From positions 47,367 to 111,366 of the forward strand of contig CALXVY010000001.1 in NCBI GenBank assembly GCA_944392255.1: a stretch of 64,000 nt of DNA. The letters are read 5' to 3'. The notes beneath the pieces were generated by a model, which saw nothing but the letters and a program-made list of their open reading frames with translations, was not told the origin of the DNA and ran no database searches. A program made the translations under genes and the position numbers. This document shows positions 20,336-30,136 of the stretch, piece by piece. This DNA is from an uncultured Alphaproteobacteria bacterium. Its GTDB lineage: Bacteria; Pseudomonadota; Alphaproteobacteria; RF32; CAG-239. Within the stretch, counting starts at the first letter, position 1. Each line of letters begins with the position of its first letter.

Positions 20336-21160
20336 ATGCAGAAATTTACTTTACACAGTCATACGCATGCTCTTAATTGTTTTGACGGCAGAAACACTGC
20401 AGAAGAAATGATAAGCAGAGCAGAAGAGCTTGGGTTTGAAGCAATAGGAATTTCTAATCATTTTTGCTATCATCCGAATATGATTCTTTGTAGTCCGATG
20501 TTTTTTAATGATGAAAGCAAAGTATTAGATGCACATTTACGAATAATAGATGAAGTCAGGTCTGCTGCGCAAGGTCACAAAATCAAAGTTTATGTTGGTG
20601 CTGAAGTAGATTTCTTTCCTTCTGCAAAATGGAGAAATACTTTTGAACGTTTAATGAAAAGACTTGATTTTGATTATTTGATTGGTTCAAATCACTACAT
20701 TCGCACAGCAGATGAATCTCAAATATATAACATTTATCACTTAGATTGCTTACCCCCTAACCTCTCGGCAGAAGATTTCAAAGAGTTGGTACAGCAACAT
20801 TGGAATAATGTTGTTTATACGGTAGAGAGTGGATATTTTAATTTTCTGGCTCATCCAGATTATTGTGTTGTAAAAATTCCCGATGTTCCGGAATTTGAAG
20901 AGAATCGTTGGAAGATTGTAGAGGCACTGGATAAAACAAAAATGCCATTTGAAGTCAACACGAGTGGATATAATCGCATTGATATGCAACACCCATGTGA
21001 TTGGATGTTGCAAGAATTATGCAAAAGAGAAGTGCCTACAATTATCAGTGACGATGCTCATTCAACCGAAATGTTAGGACAACACTTTGAAAGAGCCGAA
21101 AACCTACTTAAAAAATTAAAATGCAAAAAACGTTTGAGTTTAGATTTTCTTCAGAAGTAG
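20336..21160 (+). CDS. PHP-family histidinol-phosphatase-like protein (HisJ/HisK type)
   Basis: LHSHT, ISNH, GAEVD, IGSNH, AHPD, EVNTSG, SDDAH. Confidence 0.85.
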   Translation: MQKFTLHSHTHALNCFDGRNTAEEMISRAEELGFEAIGISNHFCYHPNMILCSPMFFNDESKVLDAHLRIIDEVRSAAQGHKIKVYVGAEVDFFPSAKWRNTFERLMKRLDFDYLIGSNHYIRTADESQIYNIYHLDCLPPNLSAEDFKELVQQHWNNVVYTVESGYFNFLAHPDYCVVKIPDVPEFEENRWKIVEALDKTKMPFEVNTSGYNRIDMQHPCDWMLQELCKREVPTIISDDAHSTEMLGQHFERAENLLKKLKCKKRLSLDFLQK

Positions 21161-21279
21161 ATTCAATAAATATGGTTTAAGTTGTTGTTTTTAGATTCTT
21201 TTCTTTTGATTTTAAAAATTGTGTTTATAACTCCATTTTTTATATTTTAAATTTTGCTAAAAAAATCTATAAATATTTT

Positions 21280-21906
21280 ATGCAAAATTTTATGGAAAAA
21301 TATAATGTTTCACGTGAAACATTTGAACTATTAAAAGCTTACGAAACAAGTTTGTTTGAGTGGCAAGAAAAGTTCAATTTGGTCAGCAACTCTTCACTAG
21401 CAGATTGCTGGAATCGTCATTTTGTTGATTCTGCTCAGTTGTTTAAGTTCATTCCCAAAGAAGCAAAAACACTGCTTGATTTTGGCTCTGGAGCTGGCTT
21501 TCCAGCAATGGTGCTCGCTATAATGGCAAAAGAAAAAACACCGTATTTAAAAGTAAGTTTAGTTGAAAGTATTGCTAAAAAAACACTGTATTTAAACGAA
21601 GTTAAAAAAATCTGCAATTTAAATGTTGAAATATTAAATCAAAGAATCGAATCTTTGCCCAAAAAGAAAGTAGATGTCATTACCTCAAGAGCTATGGCAT
21701 CGTTAAAAGAGTTATTGAAATATACTCAATCATTTTGTTCAGAAAAAACAGTTTGCATTTTTCCCAAAGGAAAAAAATATGCTGAAGAAATCGAAGAGGC
21801 CAAAAAAGACTGGAATTTTGACTGTCAGGTTTTTGACAGTGAAACCAGCGATGAAGGAAAAATTTTAGTTATCAAATATATATCGAAGAAAAAAGGAGGT
21901 AAATAA
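21280..21906 (+). CDS. rsmG: 16S rRNA m7G527 methyltransferase
   Basis: FNLVS, RHFVDS, DFGSGAGFP, TSRA; upstream of parA. Confidence 0.97.
   Translation: MQNFMEKYNVSRETFELLKAYETSLFEWQEKFNLVSNSSLADCWNRHFVDSAQLFKFIPKEAKTLLDFGSGAGFPAMVLAIMAKEKTPYLKVSLVESIAKKTLYLNEVKKICNLNVEILNQRIESLPKKKVDVITSRAMASLKELLKYTQSFCSEKTVCIFPKGKKYAEEIEEAKKDWNFDCQVFDSETSDEGKILVIKYISKKKGGK
21306..21321. promoter_or_regulatory. parS: parS site inside rsmG
   Basis: Perfect TGTTTCACGTGAAACA palindrome about 0.6 kb upstream of parA. Confidence 0.92.
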
Positions 21907-22686
21907 ATGCCAAGAGTTATTGCAATTGCCAATCGCAAAGGCGGCGTCGGAAAAACCACAACCACGGTTAATGTTGCTACTGCAATGGCAGCAGCCGGTA
22001 AAAAAGTTTTGGTTATTGATTTGGATCCGCAAGGCAACGCTTCCACCTCAATGGGTGTAAATAAACGTGGACGCATGTCTTCTTCATATGAAGTTTTGAT
22101 TGGTGAAGCAAAATTATCAGAAGCAATTGTTTGGACAGAGATTCCAAACTTTTCAATTGTACCCTCCTCACCTGATTTGGCTGGTGCCGAAATTGAATTG
22201 GTTGATGTTGATAAAAGAGAATTTCGTTTGAAAAATGCTATTGCCGAACAAGCCATCAACTACGATTATATCTTGATTGACAGTCCTCCTTCTTTGAGTT
22301 TGATAACAATTAATGCTTTGGTTGCCGCCAATGCGGTTATTGTACCTTTGCAATGCGAATTTTTAGCCTTGGAAGGAATTACGGATTTAATTCGCAATAT
22401 TAATCAAATCAAAAAAATCTTTAATCCGGATTTGGAATTGCAAGGTGTTGTTTTGACAATGTATGACAAAAGAAACAACTTGTCGCAACAAGTTGAAGAC
22501 GATGTCAGACATTTCTTTGGTAAAAAAGTATATCAAACCGTTATTCCGAGAAATGTACGTATTTCGGAAGCTCCGTCACATGGCAAGCCTGTGCTGATTT
22601 ACGATTTTAAATGTCCGGGGGCACAAGCATATATAAGTTTAACCGGTGAAGTTTTGAAAAGAGAAAAGGAATTATTGGCATGTTAG
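21907..22686 (+). CDS. parA: Chromosome partitioning ATPase
   Basis: KGGVGKTTT, DLDPQGNAS, IPRNVRISEAPSHG. Confidence 0.97.
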   Translation: MPRVIAIANRKGGVGKTTTTVNVATAMAAAGKKVLVIDLDPQGNASTSMGVNKRGRMSSSYEVLIGEAKLSEAIVWTEIPNFSIVPSSPDLAGAEIELVDVDKREFRLKNAIAEQAINYDYILIDSPPSLSLITINALVAANAVIVPLQCEFLALEGITDLIRNINQIKKIFNPDLELQGVVLTMYDKRNNLSQQVEDDVRHFFGKKVYQTVIPRNVRISEAPSHGKPVLIYDFKCPGAQAYISLTGEVLKREKELLAC

Positions 22687-23669
22687 AAGATAATAAGAAA
22701 AAAAGTTTAGGTCGCGGTTTAGGTGCTTTGCTCGGCGGAGATGATGTCGATTTAGATGTGTTGATGGAAATGCCGGTAGAAAAACATCAAAGCGAAAACG
22801 TGCAAAATCGTAGCGTAAATACCATAAATATAAATGATTTGCATGCCGGAAAATATCAGCCTCGTACAGAGTTTGATAAAGAAGCATTAGATGCTTTAGT
22901 TGAATCTATTAAAGAAAAAGGCGTATTACAGCCACTTCTTGTTAGAAAACAAGGTGACAAATATGAGATAATTGCCGGTGAACGTCGTTGGAGAGCTGCA
23001 AAAGAAGCAGGATTAAAAGAAGTTCCGGTTATTGTTAAAGACTTTTCGGATCAAGAGGCCTTGGAAGTAGCTTTAGTTGAAAATTTGCTACGTGAAAATT
23101 TGAGTGCGATAGAAGAGGCCGAAGGTTTACAAAGATTGATAACGGAGTTTTCTCATACACAAGAAGCGTTATCTCAAATTGTTGGAAAATCAAGAAGTCA
23201 TATTGCCAATACGTTAAGACTTTTGAATTTACCGCAAGAAATCCAGAATATGGTAAAAGAAGGCAAGCTTTCAGCCGGACACGCCAGAGCATTGGTTGGT
23301 TTGGATAACGCAGTTGAGTTGGCAAAACAAATCATCTCCAAAGATTTAAATGTTAGACAGGTTGAAGAATTGGTTGCCAAACAAAAAGAACCCAAAAAAG
23401 AAAAAGTCTCTGTTCAAAAAGACCAAGATTTAACGGATATTGAAAATGATTTGAATAAAGAATTGGGTTTGAGAATAAAAATTACGCCAAGCAAGCAAGG
23501 TGGAGGTAAAGTTGTTTTACAATATGCCTCACCTGCCGAGTTGGATATGATTATAGATATTCTGGATAGAAGTAAAAAACAAACACAAAATCAAGCTTCG
23601 AACACTGTATTTAAATCGGAGCCAGTACAACAAAACAATGAAAAATTTACAATAAAAGTCGTTGATTAA
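22680..23669 (+). CDS. parB: Chromosome partitioning protein ParB
   Basis: LGRGLGAL, QPR, IIAGERRWRAA, GKSRSHIANTLRLL, GHARAL. Confidence 0.97.
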   Translation: MLEDNKKKSLGRGLGALLGGDDVDLDVLMEMPVEKHQSENVQNRSVNTININDLHAGKYQPRTEFDKEALDALVESIKEKGVLQPLLVRKQGDKYEIIAGERRWRAAKEAGLKEVPVIVKDFSDQEALEVALVENLLRENLSAIEEAEGLQRLITEFSHTQEALSQIVGKSRSHIANTLRLLNLPQEIQNMVKEGKLSAGHARALVGLDNAVELAKQIISKDLNVRQVEELVAKQKEPKKEKVSVQKDQDLTDIENDLNKELGLRIKITPSKQGGGKVVLQYASPAELDMIIDILDRSKKQTQNQASNTVFKSEPVQQNNEKFTIKVVD

Positions 23670-23980
23670 TGTTTTTGTTCAAATATTTTATAATAGCATT
23701 AATAATTATAGGCACATTTGTTGCTGGTTCATTGGGAATTGGAGGAGAAAACTGGCTGTCAAAAATTGGGTATGCCATATTTTTCATCGTTGGTTTTCTT
23801 ATCTTGAATTTCATTGCCAAAATAGCATGGCGAATATTATTTCTGATTTTGAGTGTATTTTTTGCCATATATTTGTTAAGTTATTTCGGAATTATAGAAT
23901 TTAGTCTTCCGGGATTAAGCAGCGCAACGCAAAAACTTATAGAGGATGTTGATATTAAAAAAGGTCTTACTGAAAAGTGA
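23669..23980 (+). CDS. Small hypothetical membrane protein
   Basis: TAATG coupling to the parB stop; three hydrophobic segments. Confidence 0.65.
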   Translation: MFLFKYFIIALIIIGTFVAGSLGIGGENWLSKIGYAIFFIVGFLILNFIAKIAWRILFLILSVFFAIYLLSYFGIIEFSLPGLSSATQKLIEDVDIKKGLTEK

Positions 23981-24075
23981 GACCTTTTTTAATAAAAAAT
24001 GGTAACCATATCTTTACTAAAAAAGAATATAAGGATAATATTCTAGTAAAATTTTAATAAAGGTAGGACAAAAAG

Positions 24076-25062
24076 ATGGGATTTTTGAAAAAGATATTAA
24101 CGGCATTAGGCGCTTTTCTTCTCATTTTTTGGGGTGGAGCCGGCACACAAAGTAAAAGTTTAATGATGCAAGGCGGCGGATTTATTCTCTTTTTAATTGG
24201 TCTTGTCGTTCTTTATATCTTTGTAAAAATGGCATGGCGAGCCATGGGATGCTTACCGTCATTTTTAATCTTTTCAGGAATTATAACCTTTATCATTTAT
24301 GCCATTGGTGGTTTTAATAATGGAATTACAGGGGTTATACCGACATTAAAATCATTTTTGGGACAAAGTGAAAATCAAACAACACCTTCTATGATGACAA
24401 TAGATGAAAATTTAGAAGGTATGGATGCTGTAGAAGAAGGAATAATAGAAAATGGAGAACTTAATGATATCCCGCAACTAAGACAACCATCTCCTAAAGT
24501 CCAATCATCAAGAACAATGGAACAACTTGTACAAAATTTTGGTGGCAAAAGACAAAAAGCTCAGAGACCGGCATCTCCGCAAGATTACCCATCAATTGTA
24601 GGACCGGTACGTGTTGTTAATGGCGATACCTTAATGATGGACGGATATTATATTCGCCTCTTTGGCATAGATGCTCCCGAGGCAGATCAGACTTGTGCCA
24701 ACAAAATGGGTCGAGCATATCATTGTGGTCGTGTAGCAGCAACATGGTTAAGAGATTGGTTGATGGACAATTCTGTTGAATGTCACATAATGCAACAAGA
24801 TAAAAGAGGCAATATGGTCGGTGTTTGTTCCTTAGGACAATATGACATTGGCGCAGCAATGGTCAATGCCGGCTGGGCGATAGCCTATGAAAAATATTCG
24901 GATATTTATGTTCCTTATCAAGAACAAGCAATGAGCCGACGCGATGGTTTATGGCAAGGAAAATTTTATAGTCCGGAAGATTGGCGAAAAATGAAAGCTA
25001 AAAAGCCGAATATAAAAATAACCAAGCCCAAAAAAGAACGTAAAAGCATGCTTGGTTTTTAG
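24076..25062 (+). CDS. Membrane-anchored thermonuclease (SNase) family protein
   Basis: Three N-terminal TM segments; VVNGDTL, IRLFGIDAPE, MVNAGWA, GLWQG. Confidence 0.88.
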   Translation: MGFLKKILTALGAFLLIFWGGAGTQSKSLMMQGGGFILFLIGLVVLYIFVKMAWRAMGCLPSFLIFSGIITFIIYAIGGFNNGITGVIPTLKSFLGQSENQTTPSMMTIDENLEGMDAVEEGIIENGELNDIPQLRQPSPKVQSSRTMEQLVQNFGGKRQKAQRPASPQDYPSIVGPVRVVNGDTLMMDGYYIRLFGIDAPEADQTCANKMGRAYHCGRVAATWLRDWLMDNSVECHIMQQDKRGNMVGVCSLGQYDIGAAMVNAGWAIAYEKYSDIYVPYQEQAMSRRDGLWQGKFYSPEDWRKMKAKKPNIKITKPKKERKSMLGF

Positions 25063-25070
25063 GAGATAAA

Positions 25071-25535
25071 ATGGACGCTATATATTCATATCTCTCACAA
25101 ACAGAAGCAGATACAATAGCTCTAGGCCAAAAGGTGGCACAAATAGCTCAAAAAGGGGATATTTTCGCACTTGAAGGGACGCTAGGTATGGGAAAAAGTG
25201 TTTTTTGCCGAGCATTTATTCAAAGTTTGGTCGGAAACACAGATGTTCCAAGTCCGACATTTACATTGCTGCAAACCTATGATGCTCCAGATTTCGAAAT
25301 TTATCATTTTGACTTATATCGCCTAAAAGATCCGGATGAGATTTTTGAACTAGGAATGGAAGAGGCCATGTATCAAGGTGTGTGTTTAATAGAATGGCCG
25401 GAAAAAATGGGTGGATATCTGCCACGTCGAGCCATAACAGTTCAAATTACCCCTCAATCAAATGGCAGACTATTTGAATTTTTTGTAACAGAACCGGAAC
25501 GAAAAAAACGTTTTGGTTTATTGAATGGTAAATAA
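25071..25535 (+). CDS. tsaE: t6A biosynthesis ATPase TsaE
   Basis: GTLGMGKS, VPSPTFTL, HFDLYRL, IEWP. Confidence 0.96.
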   Translation: MDAIYSYLSQTEADTIALGQKVAQIAQKGDIFALEGTLGMGKSVFCRAFIQSLVGNTDVPSPTFTLLQTYDAPDFEIYHFDLYRLKDPDEIFELGMEEAMYQGVCLIEWPEKMGGYLPRRAITVQITPQSNGRLFEFFVTEPERKKRFGLLNGK

Positions 25536-25956
25536 AAAAATGGCAAACATTCATGCATCTTGTGTATCCTATTTTGGAAAAGGTATTTTAATCCGAGGAA
25601 AATCCGGAAGAGGCAAGTCAGATTTAGCTTTGCGCTTAATCATGGATAAGGGGTGTATACTTGTTGGCGATGATCGTATAGACATTTTTGCCAAAAAGGG
25701 AAAATTAAAAGCCTATGGTATTAAAACCATAGCCAATATGTTAGAAGTCAGAGGCATTGGTTTAGCGCATTTTCCGTCAAAAAAATCAGCAGAAGTACAT
25801 TTAGTCGTAGATTTGGTAAAAGATTCTTCAGAGATAGAACGTTTGCCAGAAGCAGAATATGTAGATTTAGAAGGTATACAAGTTCCCAGAATAAAAATTT
25901 GTGCCTTTGATATTTCATCCGTAGATAAAATAATTTTAGCATTATCCCTAATTTAG
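25525..25956 (+). CDS. hprK: Short alphaproteobacterial HPr kinase/phosphorylase
   Basis: IHASCV, GKSGRGKSDLAL, LVGDD, LEVRGIG. Confidence 0.9.
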   Translation: MVNKKMANIHASCVSYFGKGILIRGKSGRGKSDLALRLIMDKGCILVGDDRIDIFAKKGKLKAYGIKTIANMLEVRGIGLAHFPSKKSAEVHLVVDLVKDSSEIERLPEAEYVDLEGIQVPRIKICAFDISSVDKIILALSLI

Positions 25957-26058
25957 CCTCTAGATTGTTTGATAAGTTTGATAAGTTTATTGATTTATCA
26001 AAGATGAAGTCATAATATAACATCAATCTAGATTAATTTTTAAGAAAGTATATATACG

Positions 26059-26838
26059 ATGATACAAAAATTTTTACGTAAATTGGGAAAACCGTTAGTA
26101 AAATTTTTCTCAAGCTTGGGAGAATTGTCTATATTCGTCATTCGTTCGGTTGCCAATTGTTTTATGCCTCCGTTTTATATTCGCAATTTTATGCGCCAAG
26201 TAATGGATATCGGTTTTTATTCATTACCGGTTGTAGGTTTAACCACCATTTTTGCCGGTATGGTTATTGCCATTCAAAGCTATTCGGGCTTTTCTCGTTT
26301 TGGTGCAGAAAGTGCGGTTGCTTCTGTGGTTTTAATTTCCGTTACGCGTGAGTTAGCACCTGTTTTGTCAGCATTGATGGTTGCCGGTCGTATCGGTGCA
26401 GCCATGGCAGCAGAAATTGGAACCATGCGTGTTACTGAGCAAATTGATGCCTTAACCACTTTGTCAACCAACCCATATAAATACTTAATCACACCGCGAA
26501 TTGTGGCGGCTGTTATTGTATTGCCTTTGTTGGTTTTGATAGGTGATGTTATTGGTATTTTTGGCGGATATGTCGTTGGTGTTTATCAATTAGGTTTCAA
26601 TCCGGCAAACTATATTAAATCAACAATAGATAACTTAGAAGCATTGGATATTACCACAGGTGTTGTTAAAGCGGCTGTTTTTGGTTTTATTATTGCGGTT
26701 ATGGGTTGCTACAATGGTTTCAAATCCAAAGGTGGTGCGCAAGGTGTGGGTGAAGCCACAACAAACGCGGTTGTATCATCATCAATTTTGATTTTGATTT
26801 TCAACTACATCATTACCGGTATGTTCTTTTCAAAATAA
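26059..26838 (+). CDS. mlaE: MlaE family ABC permease
   Basis: RELAPVL, AGRIGAAMAAEIGTMRVTEQIDAL, GGAQGVGEATT. Confidence 0.95.
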   Translation: MIQKFLRKLGKPLVKFFSSLGELSIFVIRSVANCFMPPFYIRNFMRQVMDIGFYSLPVVGLTTIFAGMVIAIQSYSGFSRFGAESAVASVVLISVTRELAPVLSALMVAGRIGAAMAAEIGTMRVTEQIDALTTLSTNPYKYLITPRIVAAVIVLPLLVLIGDVIGIFGGYVVGVYQLGFNPANYIKSTIDNLEALDITTGVVKAAVFGFIIAVMGCYNGFKSKGGAQGVGEATTNAVVSSSILILIFNYIITGMFFSK

Positions 26839-26857
26839 GCTTTGAGTGGAGAAAAAA

Positions 26858-27622
26858 ATGAGTGATACAAAAATAAAAATAACCAATCTTCACAAAGCAT
26901 TCGGCCGCAAGGTTGTGTTAGATGGTGTTGATTTAGAAATCAAAAAAGGGGAATCTCTGGTTGTTATCGGTGGTTCTGGTACCGGAAAATCTGTTTTAAT
27001 TAAATGCATTCAAGGAATTTTAACGCCGGAACAAGGCTCCATTTTGGTGGACGATGAAGAAGTTGTTGGTGTTTCTGAGAAAGAAAAAGAGAAACTTCAT
27101 GCCAAAATGGGAATGTTATTCCAAGGTGGTGCATTGTTTGATAGCTTGAGCGTATGGGAAAATGTGGCTTTTGGTTTGTTAGAAAATAAAAAAATGGATA
27201 AGAAAAATGCCAAAATGGAAGCCATAAGAGTTTTGCGCCAAGTAGGTTTAGCACCAGATGTTGCCGACTTAGCTCCGTCAGAATTATCCGGCGGTATGCA
27301 AAAACGCGTTGGTTTGGCCAGAGCCATTGCCACAAGACCGGAAATCATCTTTTTTGATGAACCGACCACTGGTTTGGATCCCATTATGTCTGATGTGATT
27401 AATGGTTTGATTATTGAATCTGTAAAAGGTTTGGGCGCAACAGCCTTAACCATTACACATGATATGGCCTCTGCACGCAAAATTGCCGATAGAATAGCCA
27501 TGTTGTATAAAGGCAAAATCATCTGGCAAGGCACGGTTAAAGAGTTGGATAAAACCAATAACGAATATGTCCGTCAGTTTATCAACGGCAGTTCAGAAGG
27601 CCCGATAAAAGTGGAGGTTTAG
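26858..27622 (+). CDS. mlaF: MlaF family ABC ATPase
   Basis: GGSGTGKS, FQGGALFDS, LSGGMQKRV, DEPTTGLDP; start at 26858 or 26846. Confidence 0.93.
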   Translation: MSDTKIKITNLHKAFGRKVVLDGVDLEIKKGESLVVIGGSGTGKSVLIKCIQGILTPEQGSILVDDEEVVGVSEKEKEKLHAKMGMLFQGGALFDSLSVWENVAFGLLENKKMDKKNAKMEAIRVLRQVGLAPDVADLAPSELSGGMQKRVGLARAIATRPEIIFFDEPTTGLDPIMSDVINGLIIESVKGLGATALTITHDMASARKIADRIAMLYKGKIIWQGTVKELDKTNNEYVRQFINGSSEGPIKVEV

Positions 27623-27625
27623 GCT

Positions 27626-28999
27626 TTGGCAAAAAGAGGAACAGATTTTGTCTGCCAAAATTGCGGCGCCGTATATCCCAAATGGCAAGGCAAATGTGAT
27701 GCTTGCGGCGAATGGAATACCATTGTTGAAGAACAAGTGGGTGGTGAAGGATTTTCAAATCTTACACCCAAGCGCAAAGGCAAAATGATAGACTTTGTTC
27801 CTTTGACCGGAGCTGAAGAAAATTTAGAAAGATTATCAACCGGCATCAAGGAGCTTGACCGCGTTTGTGGAGGAGGCTTGGTTGCCGGTTCGGTTATTTT
27901 GGTTGGTGGTGACCCCGGAATAGGTAAATCCACATTATTACTGCAAGCTTGCGCCAAAGTGGCAGAATTGCCAAGCAAACCGGAAGTATTTTACATCTCC
28001 GGAGAAGAGGCAATTGACCAAGTAAGAATAAGAGCCAAAAGATTGGGCTTAGAGAAAGCACCGGTGCATTTAGCTTCAGCAACCGATATCCGAGATATTG
28101 TTGCCACTTTAGAAAAATCCAATGCCAATGTGGTGATAATTGATTCTATACAAACCATGTATTTAGAAGATGTTGAATCCACTCCCGGAAGCGTAACGCA
28201 GGTGAGGGCTTGTTCATATGAGTTAATCAAGCTTGCCAAAAGAAAAGGCTTTACCTTATTTGTGGTTGGTCATGTTACCAAACAAGGCTCAATAGCTGGT
28301 CCGAGAGTTTTGGAGCACATGGTAGACACAGTGCTTTATTTTGAGGGCGAAAGAGGACACCATTTTAGGATATTGCGCGCGGTTAAAAACCGTTTTGGCG
28401 CCACAGATGAAATTGGTGTTTTTGAAATGCAGGACCAAGGTTTGGTTGAGGTTGAAAACCCCTCAGCTTTGTTTTTGGCCGAAAGACAAGGAAATATCTC
28501 GGGTTCATGTGTTTTTGCAGGGATAGAAGGTTCAAGACCTGTATTGGTAGAAATTCAGGCGCTGGTCAGCCCCACGGGTTATGCCAGCCCCAAGCGTGCC
28601 GTTGTTGGTTGGGATTCTAACAGATTAGCCATGGTTTTGGCGGTTTTGGAAGCAAGATGCGGCATGAATTTAAGCTCACAAGATGTTTATTTGAACATAG
28701 CCGGCGGCTTGAGAATAACCGAACCTGCGGCAGATTTAGCTGTGGCCATGGCGGTAATTTCATCTATGACCAACAAGCCTTTACCTCATGATATGGTCAT
28801 TTTCGGAGAGATTGGCTTGTCCGGAGAGATAAGAGCCGTAAGTCAGCCTTCATTAAGATTAAAAGAGGCGCAAAAGCTTGGATTCGCAAGCTGTATTGTT
28901 CCGCCGACACATAGTAAAGATAAAAAGTCCGGTTTGCATACAGATATGAATGTGTATGAAATCGGAAATGTTCAACGCCTGATAAATTGGTTTAACTAA
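27626..28999 (+). CDS. radA: DNA repair protein RadA/Sms
   Basis: C4 zinc finger, GGDPGIGKST, KNRFG; TTG start with GGAGG RBS. Confidence 0.98.
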   Translation: MAKRGTDFVCQNCGAVYPKWQGKCDACGEWNTIVEEQVGGEGFSNLTPKRKGKMIDFVPLTGAEENLERLSTGIKELDRVCGGGLVAGSVILVGGDPGIGKSTLLLQACAKVAELPSKPEVFYISGEEAIDQVRIRAKRLGLEKAPVHLASATDIRDIVATLEKSNANVVIIDSIQTMYLEDVESTPGSVTQVRACSYELIKLAKRKGFTLFVVGHVTKQGSIAGPRVLEHMVDTVLYFEGERGHHFRILRAVKNRFGATDEIGVFEMQDQGLVEVENPSALFLAERQGNISGSCVFAGIEGSRPVLVEIQALVSPTGYASPKRAVVGWDSNRLAMVLAVLEARCGMNLSSQDVYLNIAGGLRITEPAADLAVAMAVISSMTNKPLPHDMVIFGEIGLSGEIRAVSQPSLRLKEAQKLGFASCIVPPTHSKDKKSGLHTDMNVYEIGNVQRLINWFN

Positions 29000-29011
29000 A
29001 GGAAAAAATCA

Positions 29012-29779
29012 ATGAATAGTCTGGATATTGCAATTTTAATCATTGTTGCCATTTCTGCTTTAATTGCATTGGGTAGGGGGCTGATTAAAGAAGTATTATC
29101 AATAATTGGTTGGGTTTTAGCAATTATTGCCGTCATTTATCTTATGCCGATATGCACCCCATTTGCTGAAAAATATATAGAGAACAGTTCTGCGGCAGCA
29201 GTAGCCACGGCTTCAGGGATTGTCATTTTATTTTTCATAATCTGGATTATTCTCACATCAAAGATAATAGGGTCAATCCGCAAGAGCAAATTAAGCGGTT
29301 TAGACAGGATTTTAGGGTTATTCTTTGGTATTTTCAGAGCCTTTTTGTTGGTTGTCTTGGTATATATTTTAATCAACTGGATGGTGCCAAAAGAAAACCA
29401 AGCCAAAGTAATGCAAGAGTCAAAATACTTTAACATTGCCGGTTCTTTTGCCAAACCGATAGAAGATTTGATTCCGGAATCAACCTTAGCCAAAATAAGA
29501 GATAAAACCAGAGCCGTGAGCGGTATGGACGAAGAAAAAGGAGATGAAAAAGTTGAGTATGATGAAAAGAGCAAAACAGATATAGATGTTTTGTTTGAGA
29601 TGTTGGCTCAACCAAAAGTCGCCAAGAAAAAAGAACCAATAAAGGTTATAGACAACAGTAAGGTCAATCAAAAGATTGAGGCTGAAAAGAAAAAGAAAGA
29701 AGAAGCAGCCAAAGCCAAAAGCTATAATGATAGCGAAAGAGGCAATTTAGATAGGCTGATAGAAAACACCGTAGAATAA
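29012..29779 (+). CDS. cvpA: CvpA family membrane protein
   Basis: RGLIKEVLS, LDRILGLFFG; usual position after radA. Confidence 0.92.
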   Translation: MNSLDIAILIIVAISALIALGRGLIKEVLSIIGWVLAIIAVIYLMPICTPFAEKYIENSSAAAVATASGIVILFFIIWIILTSKIIGSIRKSKLSGLDRILGLFFGIFRAFLLVVLVYILINWMVPKENQAKVMQESKYFNIAGSFAKPIEDLIPESTLAKIRDKTRAVSGMDEEKGDEKVEYDEKSKTDIDVLFEMLAQPKVAKKKEPIKVIDNSKVNQKIEAEKKKKEEAAKAKSYNDSERGNLDRLIENTVE

Positions 29780-29780
29780 G

Positions 29781-29809
29781 AAAAAAAGCTCCTGCAAGGG
29801 AGCTTTTTT
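29781..29809. terminator. Bidirectional terminator between cvpA and HTH gene
   Basis: aaaaaagctcct-gcaa-gggagctttttt. Confidence 0.75.
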
Positions 29810-29812
29810 CGT

Positions 29813-30055
29813 TTATAGGGCATCGAAAGAAAGGTCAATTTTCATATCAAAAGCACGGGCAATTTGGTTAAGGTTGCCAAAATTGATTTCGGCGAGCCCA
29901 AGTTCTAGTTTTTCAATATAAGCCGGGGGTACACCGGTTTGGTTGGCAAGCTCAGGTATCGTGATTTTGTGCAAACGCCGGAGGGCGGTCATTTGCTCGG
30001 CAAGGGCAAGTTTGGTTTGTTTGAGATTAATTCGGGCTTGTTTTTTGTTTAGCAT
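29813..30055 (-). CDS. XRE-family helix-turn-helix protein
   Basis: LRRLHKITIPELANQTGVPPAYIEKLELG...NLNQIARAF; AGGAG RBS. Confidence 0.85.
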   Translation of the reverse strand: MLNKKQARINLKQTKLALAEQMTALRRLHKITIPELANQTGVPPAYIEKLELGLAEINFGNLNQIARAFDMKIDLSFDAL

Positions 30056-30078
30056 ATTTCAACTCCTGTTTATAAAGG

Positions 30079-30134
30079 GACAACTTTTGCCGTCAAACAC
30101 GCTGTGTTTGTGGGGTCAAGCTGCCACCAGCTTG
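30079..30134. repeat. Nested palindromic (REP-like) sequence
   Basis: caaacac-gct-gtgtttg and caagct-gccacc-agcttg hairpins between leader B and the HTH start. Confidence 0.45.
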
Positions 30135-30136
30135 TT

